DNA of 55,911 nt from a virus, in UHGV virus genome UHGV-1364082; one strand, given 5' to 3'. Shown in pieces: positions 54,472-55,911 of the stretch. The notes beneath the pieces are model-generated. The model worked only from the letters and a program-made list of their open reading frames with translations. It ran no database searches and was not told where the DNA came from. The position numbers and the translations under genes were made by a program. Positions within the stretch are counted from its first letter, which is position 1. Each line of letters opens with the position of its first letter.

Positions 54472-54555
54472 ATTATACCTTTAGGTATTTTATAGATCAA
54501 GAAAATTATTCCTATACGGCATTGAAGGATTAATACCTTTTGGTAGCATAAAAAA
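54472..54555. promoter_or_regulatory. Divergent promoter/operator region of the genetic switch.
   Basis: Two ATACC-N4-GGTAT(g) palindromes. Confidence 0.55.
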
Positions 54556-54978
54556 ATGAATGAAAACATGTACGAACGTATTATGCGAAATTTGAAGATG
54601 ATCCTACAGGATCGCGGCAAGCAGGCGGAGCTTTCAGCAATTACGGGAATAGCTGCACCTAATCTTTCTCGATGGTATACCGGAGAGCGAAACAACCCTA
54701 CGCTGAAAAACGTAGGTGCTGTATTCGACGCGGTAGGGGTCAAGGTAATTTTCCCTTGGGAAGTAGAGGGAGATTTTTCTAAAGATATTGATGCAAAGAA
54801 TAAAAGGATTCACGAACTTGAAATATCTATGGAAAAGTTGTCTCAAGAAAATTTAAGGCTTGAGGGGGAAAATAGACTTGCGCAAAAGCAGATCGAAAAT
54901 CTTACTAATGAGAAAATTGATCTTCTAATAAAAATTCGCCAAATGAGTAAAGAAAACCCCGCACAGGGCGGGGAATAA
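54556..54978 (+). CDS. CI-like repressor (XRE HTH plus coiled coil).
   Basis: LSAITGIAAPNLSRWYTGERNNPTLKNVGAVFDAVG. Confidence 0.65.
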   Translation: MNENMYERIMRNLKMILQDRGKQAELSAITGIAAPNLSRWYTGERNNPTLKNVGAVFDAVGVKVIFPWEVEGDFSKDIDAKNKRIHELEISMEKLSQENLRLEGENRLAQKQIENLTNEKIDLLIKIRQMSKENPAQGGE

Positions 54979-54982
54979 TATT

Positions 54983-55396
54983 ATGTCTTATAGTATAACG
55001 ATTGCTGATGTTGCTGGAATAGTAACAGCTTGTGCTACAGTATACCTTACATTCAAAGCAAATCAGAATATAGGTTTGATTCTTGAAGATAAGGAAACTC
55101 TATATAATACTTCTTCAAAACCCATAACTATATGTAAAGCCATATCTATTAAGGGATTCGATATTATCGAAAATTCAGAAGAAATGGACCCAAACACTGG
55201 ACAATTTAAAGAGCACATAAAAATTGGAAATGTAAAAAATATTCAAAAAGTTTTATATAAAAATCAAAAATATAAATTTAATTGTTTATTATCAGATGGT
55301 AAATGTAAATATGAAATAGAGATAAAAATAAAACGATCATGGTTTTGTGGATTTAATACGTACAATATTATTCTTTATCCTTATTGTAAAATTTAG
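54983..55396 (+). CDS. Hypothetical membrane protein co-transcribed with the repressor (candidate exclusion factor).
   Basis: AT-rich. N-terminal TM helix. Confidence 0.45.
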   Translation: MSYSITIADVAGIVTACATVYLTFKANQNIGLILEDKETLYNTSSKPITICKAISIKGFDIIENSEEMDPNTGQFKEHIKIGNVKNIQKVLYKNQKYKFNCLLSDGKCKYEIEIKIKRSWFCGFNTYNIILYPYCKI

Positions 55397-55646
55397 TTAT
55401 ATTTTCTAGTGCGTTTTCAAAAAAAGGTTGCATAAATAAAGGGGCAGGAATTTTACCGCGTTGTGTCAATATACCGAAAGGTTCCGGGTACATTGTATGC
55501 AATACATATGATTTATCTTGTTCTTTTCCGAAAATGGAATGATGATATTCTTGCGTGTTATAGTATAAGTACAAATCTCTCTGAGAGAGTAAAATATTCT
55601 TAATATCTTCCAACAAAGAAACAATACGATCTTCATTATTCCTTTC
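55368..55646 (-). CDS. Hypothetical protein.
   Basis: AT-rich ORF. RBS GGAGTG before the internal ATG. Confidence 0.35.
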   Translation of the reverse strand, partial: ERNNEDRIVSLLEDIKNILLSQRDLYLYYNTQEYHHSIFGKEQDKSYVLHTMYPEPFGILTQRGKIPAPLFMQPFFENALENITKFYNKDKE

Positions 55647-55650
55647 CATA

Positions 55651-55682
55651 CTACACTCCTGCCCGCTACATGCGGGCTTTTT
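55651..55682 (+). terminator. Rho-independent terminator.
   Basis: GCCCGCTACATGCGGGC followed by TTTTTTATT. Confidence 0.5.
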
Positions 55683-55811
55683 TATTGGTTGTGCATTCAT
55701 CCATTATTATCATCAAGATATAAAGAGTATAACATCTTATCTAATAGATCAGCAAGCCGTATAATATGTATCACATGATTAATAATTAAACTCACTCAAA
55801 GGAGCATCCCC

Positions 55812-55911
<100 letters not shown>

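Overview
The window reads as one temperate tailed-phage genome (siphovirus-like, lambdoid gene order), linearised inside a (GA)n microsatellite that appears at both window ends, which suggests a circular or permuted assembly.

Layout:
- Immunity region (54.2–55.9 kb, wrapping to 0–2.5 kb): a divergent Cro-like/CI-like HTH pair flanking ATACC-N4-GGTAT palindromes.
- AT-rich cargo ORFs next to it, including one whose open frame runs through the (GA)n repeat as an (ER)n tract and continues at the window start.
- A GC-rich non-coding block (about 340–2470) holding a tRNA-like element with CCA end, a canonical tRNA-Gln(UUG), and ORF-free structured segments.
- A plus-strand early operon (2.5–13.5 kb):
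  - an XRE regulator bracketed by four TAAATTTTAG operator-like repeats;
  - ERF-type annealing protein, SSB, Gp157-like, HU/IHF;
  - a frameshifted DUF4406 gene, Ead/Ea22-like, Lar/DUF551 and Rha antirepressor genes;
  - a tyrosine integrase, followed by an attP-like AT-rich region.
- A minus-strand operon (53.9 down to 14.0 kb): CII-like regulator, replisome organiser, DnaB, RusA, dUTPase, a possible Ogr/Delta-like zinc-finger protein, lysis cassette, TerS, TerL, portal, head morphogenesis protein, scaffold, capsid, head-tail genes, major tail, tail chaperone G/GT with a -1 slippery site, then an accessory island of about 7.8 kb before the tape measure, then tail-tip, host-specificity, tail fibre and fibre-assembly genes.

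Observations for follow-up:
- the tRNA-like element has a UGAAAA anticodon loop of non-canonical size, and the DUF4406 gene needs a +1 shift in a T7 run;
- a conserved 41-bp element occurs three times upstream of late operons;
- the GT chaperone is separated from the tape measure by an island carrying an ABC-type ATPase plus a PD-(D/E)xK-like partner, a BRO-N/KilAC antirepressor, a lipoprotein, a YbjQ-like protein and two extreme low-complexity proteins;
- a GSGY-repeat micropeptide encoded by a 12-bp tandem repeat;
- a 27-aa membrane peptide on the plus strand inside the structural operon;
- several AT-rich moron islands.

No CRISPR array, reverse transcriptase or transposase was recognised. 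All identities are inferred by eye from motifs and gene order; coordinates of hand-adjusted starts may be off by 1 to 3 nt.
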